Positions 63,135 through 64,000 of a stretch of 64,000 bases of DNA are shown here, piece after piece (the stretch's first letter is position 1; every line of letters begins with the position of its first letter). The position numbers and the translations under genes are program-made. Origin of the DNA: Ostreococcus lucimarinus (Eukaryota); NCBI GenBank assembly GCA_000092065.1, contig CP000591.1; one strand, given 5' to 3'. The notes below the pieces were generated by a model. It worked only from the letters and a program-made list of their open reading frames with translations, was not told the DNA's origin and searched no databases.

Positions 63135-64000
63135 ATGAAGATCACCAGCCGCGCGTTCGAGAAGAACGCCAAGGGTTGGATAAAGGTGCGCGCGCGAAGC
63201 CGTCATCGCGCGCGTCCGCGCGACGCAATGGCGCCGTCCCGATCGTCTCGCGCGTCGCGCCGCGCCCGCGCGGGACGAGACGAAGACGAAGACTGACGCC
63301 CCGCGACGCGCGCGCAGTTCGTCCCCGAGAGCGCGGACGACGTGTGGCACGCGTATAATTTGATCGCCGTCGACGACGAGGTCGAGTGCGCGACGATGCG
63401 GAAGCTGAAGAACGAGCACGCGGGCGAGCTGAGGGAGTCGTCGAGCAAGGTGGTGAAGCTGACGCTGCGCGTGCGCTGCGAAGACGTGGAATACGACGCG
63501 GAAGGCGCGACGATCAGGGTCAAGGGACAGAATAAAACGGAATGCGAAGAGGTGAAACTGAACGCGTATCACACGCTGGAGATAGGGATCGGGCGGGCGG
63601 TGAAGATTGAAAAGACGGCGTGGGATAGCGTGGACGTCGGGCGGTTAGAGGAGGCGGCGGATCCGTCGGCGACGGCGGATCTGGCCGCCGTGCTCATCGT
63701 CGATGGCTTAGCGAACGTAGTTTTAGTCGGAGCGACGCAGACGATCGTGAAAGGGAAGATCGAGGCGTCGATGCCTCGAAAGCGAGGGATGGCTTTGATG
63801 GGATACGAAAAGGCGGAGACGAAATTTTTTAGCAACGTCGCGAGCGTCGTCGAGAGACACGTAGATTTCGACAGGGTGAAGTGTTTGGTGATCGCGGGAC
63901 CGGGATTCACGAAAGATACGTTCACGGACTTTTTGAAGCTCGAAGCCGTGCGGAAGAACTGGAAGACGCTTCAAACAAATTTCAGTCGCGTCATCAAGGC
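63135..64000 (+). CDS. PELO: Pelota/Dom34 ribosome-rescue factor, two exons, 3' partial (runs off window)
   Basis: Exon 1 is 63135..63185 (MKITSRAFEKNAKGWIK) with a GTGCGC donor. The intron is 63186..63317 (132 nt, CAG acceptor). Exon 2 starts at 63318 (FVPESADDVWHAYNLIAVDDEV...LRVRCEDVEYDAEGATIRVKGQN...). The protein is collinear with the Dom34 N-terminal and central domains. Confidence 0.8.

Noticed and set aside
1-64000. Prokaryotic or giant-virus origin of the window
   Set aside because: It contains cytosolic ribosomal-protein genes with GT-AG introns, COPII Sec24, proteasome Rpn13 and other core eukaryotic nuclear genes.

Overview
This window is a compact, GC-rich nuclear segment from a plastid-bearing eukaryote. 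It is almost certainly a green alga and most likely a prasinophyte or Mamiellales-like picoalga. The grounds are Viridiplantae-type genes (Toc64-like amidase-TPR, WRKY, PAM71/GDT1-like, YbeY-HAD fusion, plastid-type ferrochelatase), TTTAGGG-type telo-box motifs, GC-rich codons, low-complexity GC-rich intergenic DNA, and a flagellar-type NME7 gene.

The window carries about 45 protein-coding genes on both strands, mostly intronless. Several genes have spliceosomal introns that I located by protein-homology continuity: DEAH helicase, eS19, eL29, an EF-hand mitochondrial carrier, NME7-like and Pelota. Their introns are either ultra-short (48-132 nt) or, in ribosomal-protein genes, long (about 290-500 nt).

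I recognised no rRNA or tRNA genes, transposons or CRISPR arrays. GC-rich low-complexity regions generate many long spurious ORFs, often arginine- or alanine-rich, on the opposite strand or in other frames; I rejected these.

The main points from the hunt are:
- telo-box (AAACCCTAA) motifs recur in promoters of translation-apparatus genes, including a head-to-head RPS19/RPL29 bidirectional promoter and a (CCCTAAA)4 array upstream of a DDX31/Dbp7-like helicase
- an AT-rich, domainless membrane-protein gene sits in atypical context (27219..27959)
- the DEAH helicase gene has a mosaic structure
- a long acidic uORF ends 4 nt before the helicase start codon
- three homology-supported 5' exons are absent from the ORF track
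- several perfect minisatellites lie in one 5' region
- a 61-bp tandem duplication spans the convergent 3' ends of two protease genes
- a run of plastid-function genes is followed by a cell-surface-type gene neighbourhood (secreted subtilisin, acyltransferase-3, SPPP-repeat HRGP)

Splice-site coordinates were derived by hand and may be off by 1-2 nt.
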